Shown here in pieces: positions 17,885 to 27,350 of a stretch of 64,000 bases of DNA. The notes under the pieces are model-generated. The model had not been told where the DNA came from. It did not search any database and was given only the letters and a program-made list of their open reading frames with translations. The first letter of the stretch is position 1. The number at the start of each line of letters is the position of its first letter. The position numbers and the translations under genes were made by a program. This DNA is from Oscillospiraceae bacterium. Its GTDB lineage: Bacteria; Bacillota; Clostridia; Oscillospirales; Ruminococcaceae. Location of the stretch: contig JAHDPQ010000003.1 of the NCBI GenBank assembly GCA_018434245.1, positions 10,972-74,971 on the forward strand, given 5' to 3'.

Positions 17885-19204
17885 TCAGTTGGCAGATGCC
17901 GCCGCTTCTCCGGTTAAATCGTAGCCTTCGGCTCCGGTAATCTTGACCTGCACAAACTCGCCGAGGCGGGCGCTTCCTGTAAAGGAAACCCGGGTGTCGA
18001 TATCAGGAGCATCGCCGGGACCACGGCCCCACCAGCGCTGCTCTTCCTGATTCCAGCCCTCGCAGAGGACTTCTATCTGGCGGCCCACCATTTCCATAGC
18101 CAGACTACAGGCAATCTCTGCCTGCATCCCCATGATAATCTCGGCCCGGCGGGCCTTTTGCTCCTCGTCAAGCTGATCCGGCAGGTCGTGGGCCGGGGTG
18201 TCCTCCTCCTGGGAGTAGGCAAAGCAGCCCAGCCGCTCGAAGCGGACATCTCGGATAAATTCGCAGAGGGTTTCGAAGTCCTCCTGGGTCTCCCCGGGGA
18301 ATCCGGTGATAAAGGTGGTGCGCAGCACAATACCTGGCACCTTTTCCCGGATGTGGCGGCAGAGAGCCAGCAGGGATTTGTGATCCCCCTTGCGGTACAT
18401 GGCCTTTAGAATCCGCCCCGATGCGTGCTGCAGGGGCAGGTCCATATAAGGGACGATTTTGGGCTGGGCTGCCATGACATCCAGCAGCTCGTCGGTGACC
18501 CGGTCGGGGTAGCAGTAGAGCACCCGCACCCAGTGAAGCCCTTCGATCTTACAAAGCTCGGTCAGCAGCTGTGGAAGCATCAGCTTGCCATAGAGGTCCT
18601 CCCCATACCGGGAGGTGTCCTGGGCCACCACATTCAGCTCCCGCACACCGTCGGCCACCAGCTGGCGGGCTTCCTCCAAAACCTTCTCCATAGGGCGGCT
18701 GCGAAAGCGCCCCCGAATATCGGGAATGGCACAGTAGCTGCACCGGTTGTCGCAGCCCTCGGCAATTTTTAAGTAGGCAAACCAGGGCTCATTGGCCAGC
18801 ACCCGGCCCCCTTCCAGAGAAAGGGCTTCCTTTTCGCCAAAGGCGGAGCCACCTTTGCCCTCCAGCAGGGATTGGACCGCCGCCACAATGTCGGCGTTTT
18901 TTCCAATTCCCAAGGCAACGTCTACCTCAGGCAGCTCCCTGACAAACTCTTCCCGGTAGCGCTCGGGCATGCAGCCGGTGACTACCAGACCCTTGAGTCT
19001 GCCTTTGCCCTTTTGGGCGGCAAATTCAAAGATGGTGTCGATGCTTTCTTTTTTGGCGTCTGCTATAAAGGCGCAGGTGTTGATGATGACTACGTCGCAG
19101 TCCTCGGTATTGCCGCTCAGAGCAAAGCCTGCCTCCTGCAGGGAGTAGAGGAGCCGCTCCGCATCCACCTGATTTTTGCTGCACCCCAGAGACACCATTC
19201 CCAC
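17885..19204 (-). CDS. rimO: Ribosomal protein S12 methylthiotransferase RimO (start uncertain)
   Basis: SLGCSKN, INTCAFI, GCMPERY, radical SAM CxxxCxxC (CDNRCSYC), C-terminal TRAM domain with APDID; the ORF track start at 19336 lies inside recX and is too long. Confidence 0.9.
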   Translation of the reverse strand: MGMVSLGCSKNQVDAERLLYSLQEAGFALSGNTEDCDVVIINTCAFIADAKKESIDTIFEFAAQKGKGRLKGLVVTGCMPERYREEFVRELPEVDVALGIGKNADIVAAVQSLLEGKGGSAFGEKEALSLEGGRVLANEPWFAYLKIAEGCDNRCSYCAIPDIRGRFRSRPMEKVLEEARQLVADGVRELNVVAQDTSRYGEDLYGKLMLPQLLTELCKIEGLHWVRVLYCYPDRVTDELLDVMAAQPKIVPYMDLPLQHASGRILKAMYRKGDHKSLLALCRHIREKVPGIVLRTTFITGFPGETQEDFETLCEFIRDVRFERLGCFAYSQEEDTPAHDLPDQLDEEQKARRAEIIMGMQAEIACSLAMEMVGRQIEVLCEGWNQEEQRWWGRGPGDAPDIDTRVSFTGSARLGEFVQVKITGAEGYDLTGEAAASAN

Positions 19205-19214
19205 TGTGGGCTTT

Positions 19215-19835
19215 TTATTCCGTATCGTCGTAATAATCCTCGTCCTCTCGCAAATGCCGGATAACCGTCCGAATGACATCGTAAGGGTAACCCAGACGGG
19301 CCAAGGCATTCTGTGTCCGGCGCAGTCCTTTTTCATCCTCCAGACTGTTCCGGTATTTTTTTTGTATCACCTGTGCCGCCGCAGCCTCCAAATCCTGAGG
19401 CTCTTCTTCCAGAACCTCCTCGGCCAGTTCCCGGTCTATGCCTTTGGCTATCAGCTCCCGCAGGATTCTGTCTCGGGCCCGTCCCTTGCGGACCAGCTCT
19501 CTGGCGTATCGTGCGGCATAATCCCGGTCGTCTAAGTATCCCAGCTCCAACATCCGGCTCACCGAGGCGGCGGCAGCCTGTTCCCCCCAGTTGGCCGAGA
19601 GTTTTTTATACAGCTCTTGACAGCCATGGGGGCGGATGGAGAGAAGGCGCAGGGCCTGACTTTTGGCAAACAGCAGGTTGGAGCGGCTTTGCAGCTCCTC
19701 CAGACGGGTGTCTCCCACTTCATCGCCGGGCTGAAGCTCCGCCGCCACATCGGGATGCAGGGCGCAGACAAAAGAGCCTTCCAGATGCAGGCCCACTCTG
19801 CCCCGGCGCAGAGCGGTGAGAGCGGTTACCGTCAC
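19215..19835 (-). CDS. recX: Regulatory protein RecX
   Basis: Directly after recA; ALRLLSIRPH, GYLDDRDYA, ELIAKGI, LARLGY. Confidence 0.85.
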   Translation of the reverse strand: MTVTALTALRRGRVGLHLEGSFVCALHPDVAAELQPGDEVGDTRLEELQSRSNLLFAKSQALRLLSIRPHGCQELYKKLSANWGEQAAAASVSRMLELGYLDDRDYAARYARELVRKGRARDRILRELIAKGIDRELAEEVLEEEPQDLEAAAAQVIQKKYRNSLEDEKGLRRTQNALARLGYPYDVIRTVIRHLREDEDYYDDTE

Positions 19836-19838
19836 CGG

Positions 19839-20978
19839 TTAGTCCTCCACCTCAATGTCCACATCCACCGATTTTTTGGAGGAGGGAGCCGGTTCATCGT
19901 CGGCAGCCGCGGCCTTGGCAGCCGCCCTGCTTAGCTTTTTGCCCCCCTTGGGAGGGTCCAACAGCTGCTCTTTGTTTGCCAGAATTTGTGCGGCAATCTG
20001 CTCGGCAAACTCCGGGTTTTCCCGCAGATAGTTTTTGGCGTTATCTCTTCCCTGCCAGCGGTGGTCGGTGTCATATTGGAACCACGCGCCACTTTTCTTG
20101 ATGATCTCCAGCTGGGTAGCCATATCCAAAATCTCCCCTTCCCGGGAGATTCCCTGTCCGTACATGATGTCGAAGTGTGCCTCTTTAAAGGGAGGAGCCA
20201 CCTTGTTTTTAACCACCTTGACCCGGGTGCGGTTACCCACCACCTCGCTGCCCGACTTGAGCTGCTCGGAGCGGCGAATATCCAGCCGAACCGAGGAGTA
20301 GAACTTGAGGGCCCGGCCGCCAGGGGTGGTTTCGGGGTTGCCGTACATCACTCCGATTTTTTCCCGCAACTGGTTGATAAAGATGACCACGCAGTTTGAT
20401 TTGGAAATGGCGCCGGTGAGCTTGCGCAGGGCCTGACTCATCAGACGGGCCTGCAACCCCACATGGCTGTCTCCCATATCCCCTTCGATTTCCGCCTTGG
20501 TGACCATGGCGGCTACCGAGTCCACCACCACCACGTCCACTGCACCGGAGCGGACCAGAGCCTCGCAAATTTCCAGAGCCTGCTCGCCGGTATCCGGCTG
20601 GGAAACCAGCAGGGTGTCAATATCCACTCCCAGAGCTTTGGCATAAACCGGGTCCAAAGCATGTTCTACGTCGATAAAGACCGCTTCACCCCCGGCCTTT
20701 TGTGCTTCCGCCACAATATGAAGGGCCACTGTGGTTTTGCCCGAGCTTTCCGGCCCAAACACCTCGATAATCCGTCCCCGGGGCACCCCCCCGATTCCCA
20801 GAGCCATATCCAATGCAAGGGAACCGGTGGAAATTGCCTCCACATTCAGCACGGAATTTTGGCCCAGCTTCATGACTGCGCCCTTGCCATAGGCCCGCTC
20901 GATGTTGGCAATGGCTGTTTCCAACGCCTTTTGCTTGTTCTGTTTATCCGCGGGCTGTACGCTTTTTTTCTCCGCCAT
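19839..20978 (-). CDS. recA: Recombinase RecA
   Basis: [43 protein letters not shown]; no intein. Confidence 0.98.
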   Translation of the reverse strand: MAEKKSVQPADKQNKQKALETAIANIERAYGKGAVMKLGQNSVLNVEAISTGSLALDMALGIGGVPRGRIIEVFGPESSGKTTVALHIVAEAQKAGGEAVFIDVEHALDPVYAKALGVDIDTLLVSQPDTGEQALEICEALVRSGAVDVVVVDSVAAMVTKAEIEGDMGDSHVGLQARLMSQALRKLTGAISKSNCVVIFINQLREKIGVMYGNPETTPGGRALKFYSSVRLDIRRSEQLKSGSEVVGNRTRVKVVKNKVAPPFKEAHFDIMYGQGISREGEILDMATQLEIIKKSGAWFQYDTDHRWQGRDNAKNYLRENPEFAEQIAAQILANKEQLLDPPKGGKKLSRAAAKAAAADDEPAPSSKKSVDVDIEVED

Positions 20979-21025
20979 ATTACCCGTTTCCTCCGTCCCT
21001 GATGTTGTAGTTCCTACCGTTCTTT

Positions 21026-21054
21026 ATTATATACGAAATTTCGTTCAAAGGCAA
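21026..21054 (-). promoter_or_regulatory. recA promoter with a LexA(SOS)-box-like site in the spacer
   Basis: Minus strand TTGCCT-17 bp-TATAAT; GAACGAAATTTC (21035-21046) has one mismatch to the Gram-positive GAAC-N4-GTTC box. Confidence 0.6.
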
Positions 21055-21185
21055 TCAAACTCCAGAATATCCAGGTTGAAAAATAGCGGAAAGCCGTGCC
21101 CTGGAAAGAGTCTCTTCCCCCTCAAACATAACAAAAAGCCTCCCGGCGGGAAGGCTCTTTGGGCAAACAGCGGGATAGGATAGGG

Positions 21186-22481
21186 CTACGCCGCAGGCAG
21201 GGAGACGCGCAACAAGGTTCCGCCGTCCTCCTGCAGGGCCATGGAATCCTGTGTTTCCTTTCGGCTGGCTTCGAGAGCTTGCTGCAGCAGGGCCGCCCGC
21301 CGGGCCCGCTCCTGTGCTCGCTCCTGTTTGAGAAGCTCTGCGCTGGCCAGATCCTCCGCCAGCTTGGCGTCCAGCTCCGCCTGATACTCCATGATGTCCC
21401 GGCCGGAATTGCCGTAGGTGCCTTCCGGGAACAGCATCAGGTGATTGCCAAAACTGTCCTTGCAGTACCAGCCACCCAGACTGGGAAACCACACCGTATT
21501 CCTCTCGCTTACATAGAGGCTTTTGAGAAAGGTGAGGGGAATGGTGCGGGGTTCGGGCATGTTGATAAACAGAAGATGGAGCCCCGAAAGTCGCAGCCCC
21601 GCCGCACTGGCCGAAACGGGAGTGCTGTACACCAGACGGAAATTGTCCAGCATCTCCAGATTATCTGGCATGGAAATCCGCAGCATCCGCTCTATATAAG
21701 CCACCTTTTTGCCCAGAGAGGTGGTGACGGTGCCCTTTCCCTCCTTCCGGGACAGACGGTGGGAAATACCAAGGCCCGCCCGGTTGCAGACAAAGGCATG
21801 GGCAAAGGTTTCGGCAAAATCCTCGTCGTATTCGGTGGAGGCGTATTCGGTGATGAACACCCGGTCATCCACATACTCCGGGGCGAAGGAATTACCTTCC
21901 ATCAGTTCCAACCAGCGCCTTTCCATAGCGGTGTAGCCGTACCGGTCGGTGAGCATGAAGTGAAAGGCGTGGGCAAACTCGTGGATGATGGTGAGGGGGT
22001 TATCCCCTGTAGCCACCCCCTGCTCCTGCATATCCGGGATGTAAAGCTGAACCCGGGAGGTATGGCGGAAAAAGCTCCCCACCTGCACTTCTTCCTGGTG
22101 GGTATCGCTGTAGGGACCCCGCATATCGGCGTTGACATATTCAAAGGTAAGTCTGCGCCCGTTCAGATCATAATAATAGCAGGAAACCTTGCGGACCAGA
22201 CGGGAAGTCACCGAAGAAAGAGCTTCATCCAGTGTCCGCAGGGTTTCGGGAACAATGGTGGCCAGTTGCCGAGAGTCCTCCCACGTCATGGTGGGGTACA
22301 GGATAGTGATGCCATACTTTTCTTCCAGCTCTTGGGCCAGCTCTTCAATTTCCCGGTTGTTCTGCTCCAGGTCGCTTAGGGCATAGGTTTTGGAAGGGGC
22401 GGCCAGAGCGGTTACCGTCATGCCGCTCCATAGCAGCAAAACAGTCAAAACCAGTCCCAGAACTTTTATTAACAGTTTCAT
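21186..22481 (-). CDS. Secreted protein with zincin (HExxH) metallopeptidase motif
   Basis: Signal-like MKLLIKVLGLVLTVLLLWSGMTVTALA, IIHEFAHAFH, EYAST..EDFAETFA. Confidence 0.65.
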   Translation of the reverse strand: MKLLIKVLGLVLTVLLLWSGMTVTALAAPSKTYALSDLEQNNREIEELAQELEEKYGITILYPTMTWEDSRQLATIVPETLRTLDEALSSVTSRLVRKVSCYYYDLNGRRLTFEYVNADMRGPYSDTHQEEVQVGSFFRHTSRVQLYIPDMQEQGVATGDNPLTIIHEFAHAFHFMLTDRYGYTAMERRWLELMEGNSFAPEYVDDRVFITEYASTEYDEDFAETFAHAFVCNRAGLGISHRLSRKEGKGTVTTSLGKKVAYIERMLRISMPDNLEMLDNFRLVYSTPVSASAAGLRLSGLHLLFINMPEPRTIPLTFLKSLYVSERNTVWFPSLGGWYCKDSFGNHLMLFPEGTYGNSGRDIMEYQAELDAKLAEDLASAELLKQERAQERARRAALLQQALEASRKETQDSMALQEDGGTLLRVSLPAA

Positions 22482-22688
22482 CCAGTTTACCCCGCACCGG
22501 TTGGTTTCATCACGATAATTTCTATACGATTCATTGTTTTTTCCAATAGCTTTCTAAAAAAAGTCGCCTTGTTAAGTGTAGCCCGAAAAGGGGATCAAGT
22601 CAATACAAAAGGCTAACAAATCCGCTCATCTCTTGCATTCTTATAGCAAAAGCCTTATACTGACTTCAAAATGCAAAGGAGGCTTCTT

Positions 22689-23051
22689 GTGAGCGTATTG
22701 TTTCTTTGTTATCCCGGCTGCTCCACCTGTGCCAAGGCCAGAAGCTGGCTGGAGGAGCATCAGATTGCCTATACCGAACGAAACATCAAAGCCCAAAACC
22801 CCACCGCCGCCGAGCTGGAAGAGTGGATTTCCAAAAGCGGACTGGACAGCGCCCGGTTCTTTAACACCAGCGGAATGCGGTACCGGGAGCTTGCTCTTAA
22901 AGATAAGCTCCCTGCTATGGGCCTGCAGGAGCGGATTTCCCTGCTGGCCACCGACGGCATGCTGGTCAGGCGCCCCTTGCTGATCGGGGACAGCTTTGTG
23001 CTGGTGGGCTTCAAGGCTCCCCAATGGGAGGAAGCACTGGCCACTCAATAA
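22689..23051 (+). CDS. ArsC/Spx/MgsR family thioredoxin-fold protein
   Basis: CSTCAKARSWL, FFNTSGMRYREL, DGMLVRRPLL; GTG at 22689 after AAAGGAGG. Confidence 0.85.
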   Translation: MSVLFLCYPGCSTCAKARSWLEEHQIAYTERNIKAQNPTAAELEEWISKSGLDSARFFNTSGMRYRELALKDKLPAMGLQERISLLATDGMLVRRPLLIGDSFVLVGFKAPQWEEALATQ

Positions 23052-23265
23052 ACGCAATGCCCACAAGTCCCGGCCTGCACAGTTCCCAACTGGCTTTGCT
23101 TTTAAGGCAGCCGGTTTTTTTAATTCAAAAAGCTTCCTGCCCGATTGGCGTTTAAAACCGAATAGAATCCTTCTTTCTTGCGGACAATACCGATAAGGCA
23201 ATTTTTATGCCATCAATGACAGGCAGGCCCCATCGCGGGCCTTTTTGAAAGGAGGATATTTCGTG

Positions 23266-23553
23266 ATGAATCAGATCAATCAAAATCTGCCGCCCAACAT
23301 CAATCAATACACCCCCACGCCCGACGCTTCCGCTCTGGATATTGTCGGGTTGGTTAAAAAATCGGGAAAAATCTCCGGTTATCAGCTTTCCAATGGCATG
23401 AAGGTGACCAAGGCCCAAGGCGTAGAGCTGGCCAAGGAGAACAAAATCCGGGGAGTTGCCGTAGCGGTCAATCAGGGTACCGAGTACCTTCGGGCCCTTC
23501 CGGACCCGGCTCAGGGCAACAATTTGAGCAATTTACCCTCCATTTCTGAATAG
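23266..23553 (+). CDS. DUF3892-family small protein
   Basis: GYQLSNG..TKAQGVELAK...EYLRALPD...NNLSNLP pattern; AGGAGG RBS. Confidence 0.75.
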   Translation: MNQINQNLPPNINQYTPTPDASALDIVGLVKKSGKISGYQLSNGMKVTKAQGVELAKENKIRGVAVAVNQGTEYLRALPDPAQGNNLSNLPSISE

Positions 23554-23568
23554 CAGCTGCGTTAATAG

Positions 23569-23600
23569 AAAGAAGCCGCCCCAAGAGGGCGGCTTCTTTT
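23569..23600. terminator. Bidirectional terminator
   Basis: AAAGAAGCCGCCC-5 nt-GGGCGGCTTCTTT. Confidence 0.8.
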
Positions 23601-23629
23601 GATGCGCTGCTATTCCAGTGCAGGCAAGA

Positions 23630-24622
23630 TCATTTTGTGGGTTTGTAGCGGTCCGCAAGGCCGGAGCTGAGCAGGGTTTTGCCGTCTATGGTCAAAAAAA
23701 CAGCCTCGGTGTCCTCCATATCCTCTACCAGCTTCATGGCTTCCTCGGGCCCCAGCAAAAAACACAGGGTGCTCAGGCCGTCGGCACGGGTAGAGGAGGA
23801 GGAAAGAATGGAAACCGACAGCAACCCGGTATGGGCGGGCATGCCGGTGGTAGCGTCGATGATGTGGTGATAGAGCACGCCGTCCTCTCCGGTGAAGCAG
23901 CGCTCGTACAGCCCGGCCGAAACCAAAGACTGATTGGTGACTTCCAAGGTACCCACGGTTTCCTGACGGTCGGCAAAGGGCTTTTGTACCCCGATGACAA
24001 AGGGCTTATTCCCCGGTTTTTTCCCTACGGCAATCACGTTTCCGCCCAGATTGACAATGGCTCCCGGAACCTTTTGCTCTCGGAGATACCAGGCCATCTC
24101 ATCGGCAATAAAGCCTTTGGCTATGCTGCCCAAATCCAGCTGTACGCCCTCCAGAAGCTCCACCTTATGGTTTTCCAGCAGCCGAACGTTTTCCTGCCCC
24201 ACCAGAGCAAGAGCCTGCTCCAGAGCGTTCTGCGACGGCACCTTCCTGGTATCGCCCTTAAAATCCCACAAATCCATCACCGGCGCAATGGTGATGTCGT
24301 ACCGCCCTTGGGAAAGAGCACCCAACTCCAGCGCCGTTGCCAGCATATCGTACAGTCTTGGGTCGATCTCCACAGGTTCTTGGGCGCTGTTGAGCCGGGA
24401 GATCATGCTCTTGGGGTCGTGGCGGTTCAGGACGCCATCATAATACCGGCAAAGCTCTATAGCGCCGTCCAGAGCCGCCTCGTCCTTGCTGCCGTAAAGG
24501 GTAACAGTGACAAAGGTATCCAGCAAAAATTCGGTTCGGCTGATGGGCTTAGCGGGTTTTATCATGGAACATCCGGTCAGCAGCAGCAGAACTATTCCAA
24601 CAATGGCAATGCTCTTTCGCAG
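23630..24622 (-). CDS. apbE: FAD:protein FMN transferase (ApbE), lipoprotein
   Basis: LLDTFV, YDITIAP, DLGSIAKGFIAD, NLGGNV, HHIIDATTG, ADGLST; in-frame extension to a CTG at 24622 gives a signal peptide ending LLLLTGC. Confidence 0.88.
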   Translation of the reverse strand: MRKSIAIVGIVLLLLTGCSMIKPAKPISRTEFLLDTFVTVTLYGSKDEAALDGAIELCRYYDGVLNRHDPKSMISRLNSAQEPVEIDPRLYDMLATALELGALSQGRYDITIAPVMDLWDFKGDTRKVPSQNALEQALALVGQENVRLLENHKVELLEGVQLDLGSIAKGFIADEMAWYLREQKVPGAIVNLGGNVIAVGKKPGNKPFVIGVQKPFADRQETVGTLEVTNQSLVSAGLYERCFTGEDGVLYHHIIDATTGMPAHTGLLSVSILSSSSTRADGLSTLCFLLGPEEAMKLVEDMEDTEAVFLTIDGKTLLSSGLADRYKPTK

Positions 24623-24757
24623 AAGAACTCCTTCTTTCGGGATGGTTTGTTTTGTTATTATGACTCAAGTAAGAAAAAAAAGCAAGGCGGGCAATTTGAA
24701 TTGAAAGAGTACTCAATCAGTGATATAATAAAAATATTAACATAAGGGGGTGCGCTT

Positions 24758-25057
24758 GTGCCGGTATTTGCACACCAATCAGACGAAAGCAGCAATTATG
24801 TCGTTGTCAACGCTTATGAAGAACTGGTTAAGCAAAATGTTCTGATGATGATTGATTATATGGATATGTGCGCTTGTGAAAAATGCGTTTCCGACGCCTG
24901 TGCTCTGGTCCTCAATCAACTGCCTCCCCTTTACGTCACCACCCGCAAGGGTGAGCTGATCACTCAGGTCAACCAGACCATGCGGGACCAGCACATCGAC
25001 TTAACCGTCAAGGTAGTTCATGCGCTGCAAATGGTCAAGGAATCCCCCCGCCACTGA
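24758..25057 (+). CDS. comFB: ComFB family protein
   Basis: VNAYEELV, CACEKCVSDACALVLNQLPPLYV pattern. Confidence 0.8.
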   Translation: MPVFAHQSDESSNYVVVNAYEELVKQNVLMMIDYMDMCACEKCVSDACALVLNQLPPLYVTTRKGELITQVNQTMRDQHIDLTVKVVHALQMVKESPRH

Positions 25058-25182
25058 TCAAACCTCAAGGCAGGGGTGTTTATTAAAAGATTGAGGGGCT
25101 TTCGGCCGTAAGACGGACAAGCTTCTGATCATAGAGCTCCCCCATTGGGAAGCTCTTTTTCTTTTCACAAGGGGGAATTTGT

Positions 25183-26259
25183 ATGGAACGCTGGATGGCA
25201 GACCTCTGCCGTGCCATGCCAAAAGTAGAGCTGCACCTGCATCTGGACGGTGCGCTGCGTCCCAAAACCGCTCTGGACCTTAGCGCCGCCCGGCAGTGGC
25301 GGGATTTTGAAACACCTTTATCCTACCGGCAGATGCACAGCAAGCTGGTAGTTGGCCACCCTCTTGCCTCTCAAGGAGAGCTCCTCTCCTACTTTGAGAT
25401 TCCGGGGCTGCTGCTCCAAACCGAGGAAGCCCTTCGGCGGATTACCCGGGAGCTTGTTTGGGAAAAGGCGGCGGACCATGTTTGCTACTGTGAAATTCGC
25501 TGGGCTCCCCAGCTGCACACCGCAGAGGGGCTGACCACCCGGCAGGTGGTGGAGGCTGTTCTGGAGGAAAGCGCATCCGCTTCCCGGCAGGCCGGAGTCA
25601 TCGTCCGGCTGATTGCGGTGGGGATGCGCACCCATTCCCTGGGACAAAACCTAAAGATGTTGGAGGAAATCGCACCTTTTAGGGGAAAAGGACTGGCGGG
25701 AGTGGATTTTGCCGGCCCCGAAGCCAAGGCTCCCGACGCCTTAGAGCAGGAGGCCTTCTTTCTACGGGCCCGGGAGCTGGGCTTTGCCATCACCCTTCAC
25801 TGTGGGGAGATGCCCGGCAGTGCCCCCCGACTGGCAGAGCAAATTCGGCAGCTTCGCCCCGCCCGGGTGGCCCACGGCCCCGGTTCGGCAGAGGATCCCG
25901 TACTCTGCGCTTTTTTGCGGGAACAGGACGCGATGCTGGACCTCTGCCCTACCAGTAATCTTCAGGCGGGACTGTACCCGGATTACGAGAGCTATCCCCT
26001 GCGCCAGCTGGTGGAAGCCGGTGTGCCGGTCAGCATCAGCACCGACGACAGCGTCCTCTCCAACCTTACCCTCTCCGACGAATACATCAACCTGCTGCAG
26101 GTGGGGCAAGTGGATCTGTCCACCCTGTGGCGGCTGAATCTGAATGCCTTGGGTCACGCCTTTTTAGAGCCGGAGGAAAAGGCCCGGCTTCTCTTCCGGC
26201 TCAATAGCTGGGCTTCCAACATCCCCGAGCTGCAAAGCCCTCCGGCAGAGCTCCAATGA
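25183..26259 (+). CDS. add: Adenosine/adenine deaminase
   Basis: PKVELHLHLDG, YCEIRWAP, DFAGPE, TLHCGE, HG, CPTSN, STDD. Confidence 0.88.
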   Translation: MERWMADLCRAMPKVELHLHLDGALRPKTALDLSAARQWRDFETPLSYRQMHSKLVVGHPLASQGELLSYFEIPGLLLQTEEALRRITRELVWEKAADHVCYCEIRWAPQLHTAEGLTTRQVVEAVLEESASASRQAGVIVRLIAVGMRTHSLGQNLKMLEEIAPFRGKGLAGVDFAGPEAKAPDALEQEAFFLRARELGFAITLHCGEMPGSAPRLAEQIRQLRPARVAHGPGSAEDPVLCAFLREQDAMLDLCPTSNLQAGLYPDYESYPLRQLVEAGVPVSISTDDSVLSNLTLSDEYINLLQVGQVDLSTLWRLNLNALGHAFLEPEEKARLLFRLNSWASNIPELQSPPAELQ

Positions 26260-26268
26260 TAAAACGTC

Positions 26269-26307
26269 AAAACGGCCCCGCCTTCCATGGAAGGCGGGGC
26301 CGTTTTT
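26269..26307. terminator. Bidirectional terminator
   Basis: 18 bp inverted repeat AAAACGGCCCCGCCTTCC/GGAAGGCGGGGCCGTTTT. Confidence 0.85.
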
Positions 26308-26337
26308 CTCCCTCACAAGGCTTGATGCCGCCTTGTT

Positions 26338-27285
26338 CTACACCACTTTAATGGCCCAGGCCGGGCAGGTGGAGGAACAGTAGCCGCAGAGAATACAGCG
26401 GCTATCGTCGCAGACGGCCTGCCCATTCTGCAGGGAAAGCGCCTTTTGGCCGCAACGTTCCACACAGATGCCGCAGCCTTCGCACCAGTCGTCGATGTGT
26501 AGGCGGCGCACCTTGCCCTCCAGCTCGGCTTTGGCTTGGGGGGAAAAGGCCCCCGTCTCATAAAACTCCAGATTGGCCTTAAGCTCCCCCACGCTTTGCA
26601 TCCCCAGAGCCACGCTGTCCACGCCGGGCAGGGAGAAAGCATACTGAAGGCAGTCCTGAGCGGAGCGGAACAGGTTGCCGCCCCCCAGCGGCTTCATGGA
26701 AAAGATGCCCACCCCCCTGCTGTGAGCCCTTTGGATGGCCTGCTCCATGTCGGCACGGGTTCCATCCATGATTCCAAGCCCTGCTTGGTTGATCAGGGGG
26801 TGAATCACATCCAGCCCCATTTGCAGAGCACCTTCCACCGCCGCCACCCGATGCATGGAGGCTCCCACTGCCCGGATGACCCCCCGCTGCTTTTGTTCCA
26901 GCAGATATTCTAAGGCATCCCGATGACCCCGCAACGTGTGGATGCTCTCCTGCTCGTGGAGCATAAAAACATCAATGACGTCCCGGTTTAGTTCCCGGCG
27001 AGCCTGCTCCAGAGCCTCCCGGGCCAATTCCCGAGAATAAGCATAGGTTTTGGTGGAGATCACCAAATCCCTTCGGCCGGCCAGCTCCATGGCCCGGCGC
27101 AGATAGGGGTAGGTATCGTAAAGCTGGGCGGTATCAAAAAAATTAATGCCCCGCTCCACCGCTTCCGCCATCAAAGCGGCCCCCTGCTCCAAGGGAAGGT
27201 TGGCCTGCATAGGCCCTGCCGTCAGGGTACCGAAGCAGATTCGGCTTACCTTGATCTGTGTATTGCCCAACAATGTGTACTCCAT
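26338..27285 (-). CDS. Aldo/keto reductase with C-terminal 2x[4Fe-4S] domain
   Basis: LGNTQIKVSRICFGT, FFDTAQLY, STK, MLHE, SMKPLGGG, CEGCGICVERC and CILCGYCSSTCP; start at the ATG at 27285. Confidence 0.88.
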   Translation of the reverse strand: MEYTLLGNTQIKVSRICFGTLTAGPMQANLPLEQGAALMAEAVERGINFFDTAQLYDTYPYLRRAMELAGRRDLVISTKTYAYSRELAREALEQARRELNRDVIDVFMLHEQESIHTLRGHRDALEYLLEQKQRGVIRAVGASMHRVAAVEGALQMGLDVIHPLINQAGLGIMDGTRADMEQAIQRAHSRGVGIFSMKPLGGGNLFRSAQDCLQYAFSLPGVDSVALGMQSVGELKANLEFYETGAFSPQAKAELEGKVRRLHIDDWCEGCGICVERCGQKALSLQNGQAVCDDSRCILCGYCSSTCPAWAIKVV

Positions 27286-27350
27286 AAGCTGCCTCACAAT
27301 CGAAGCGCCGGATACCAAATAGGTATCCGGCGCAGAGTATCTTGGTTGTA

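Noticed and set aside
3647-20978. Inteins or introns in dnaB and recA
   Set aside because: Both proteins are of normal length with continuous motifs
25070-25130. TPP- or purine-riboswitch-like words (AGGGGTG..TGAG, CCGTAA)
   Set aside because: The TPP 3' half (GGATAAT..AGCGTAGG) and the purine core (GTTTCTAC) are absent
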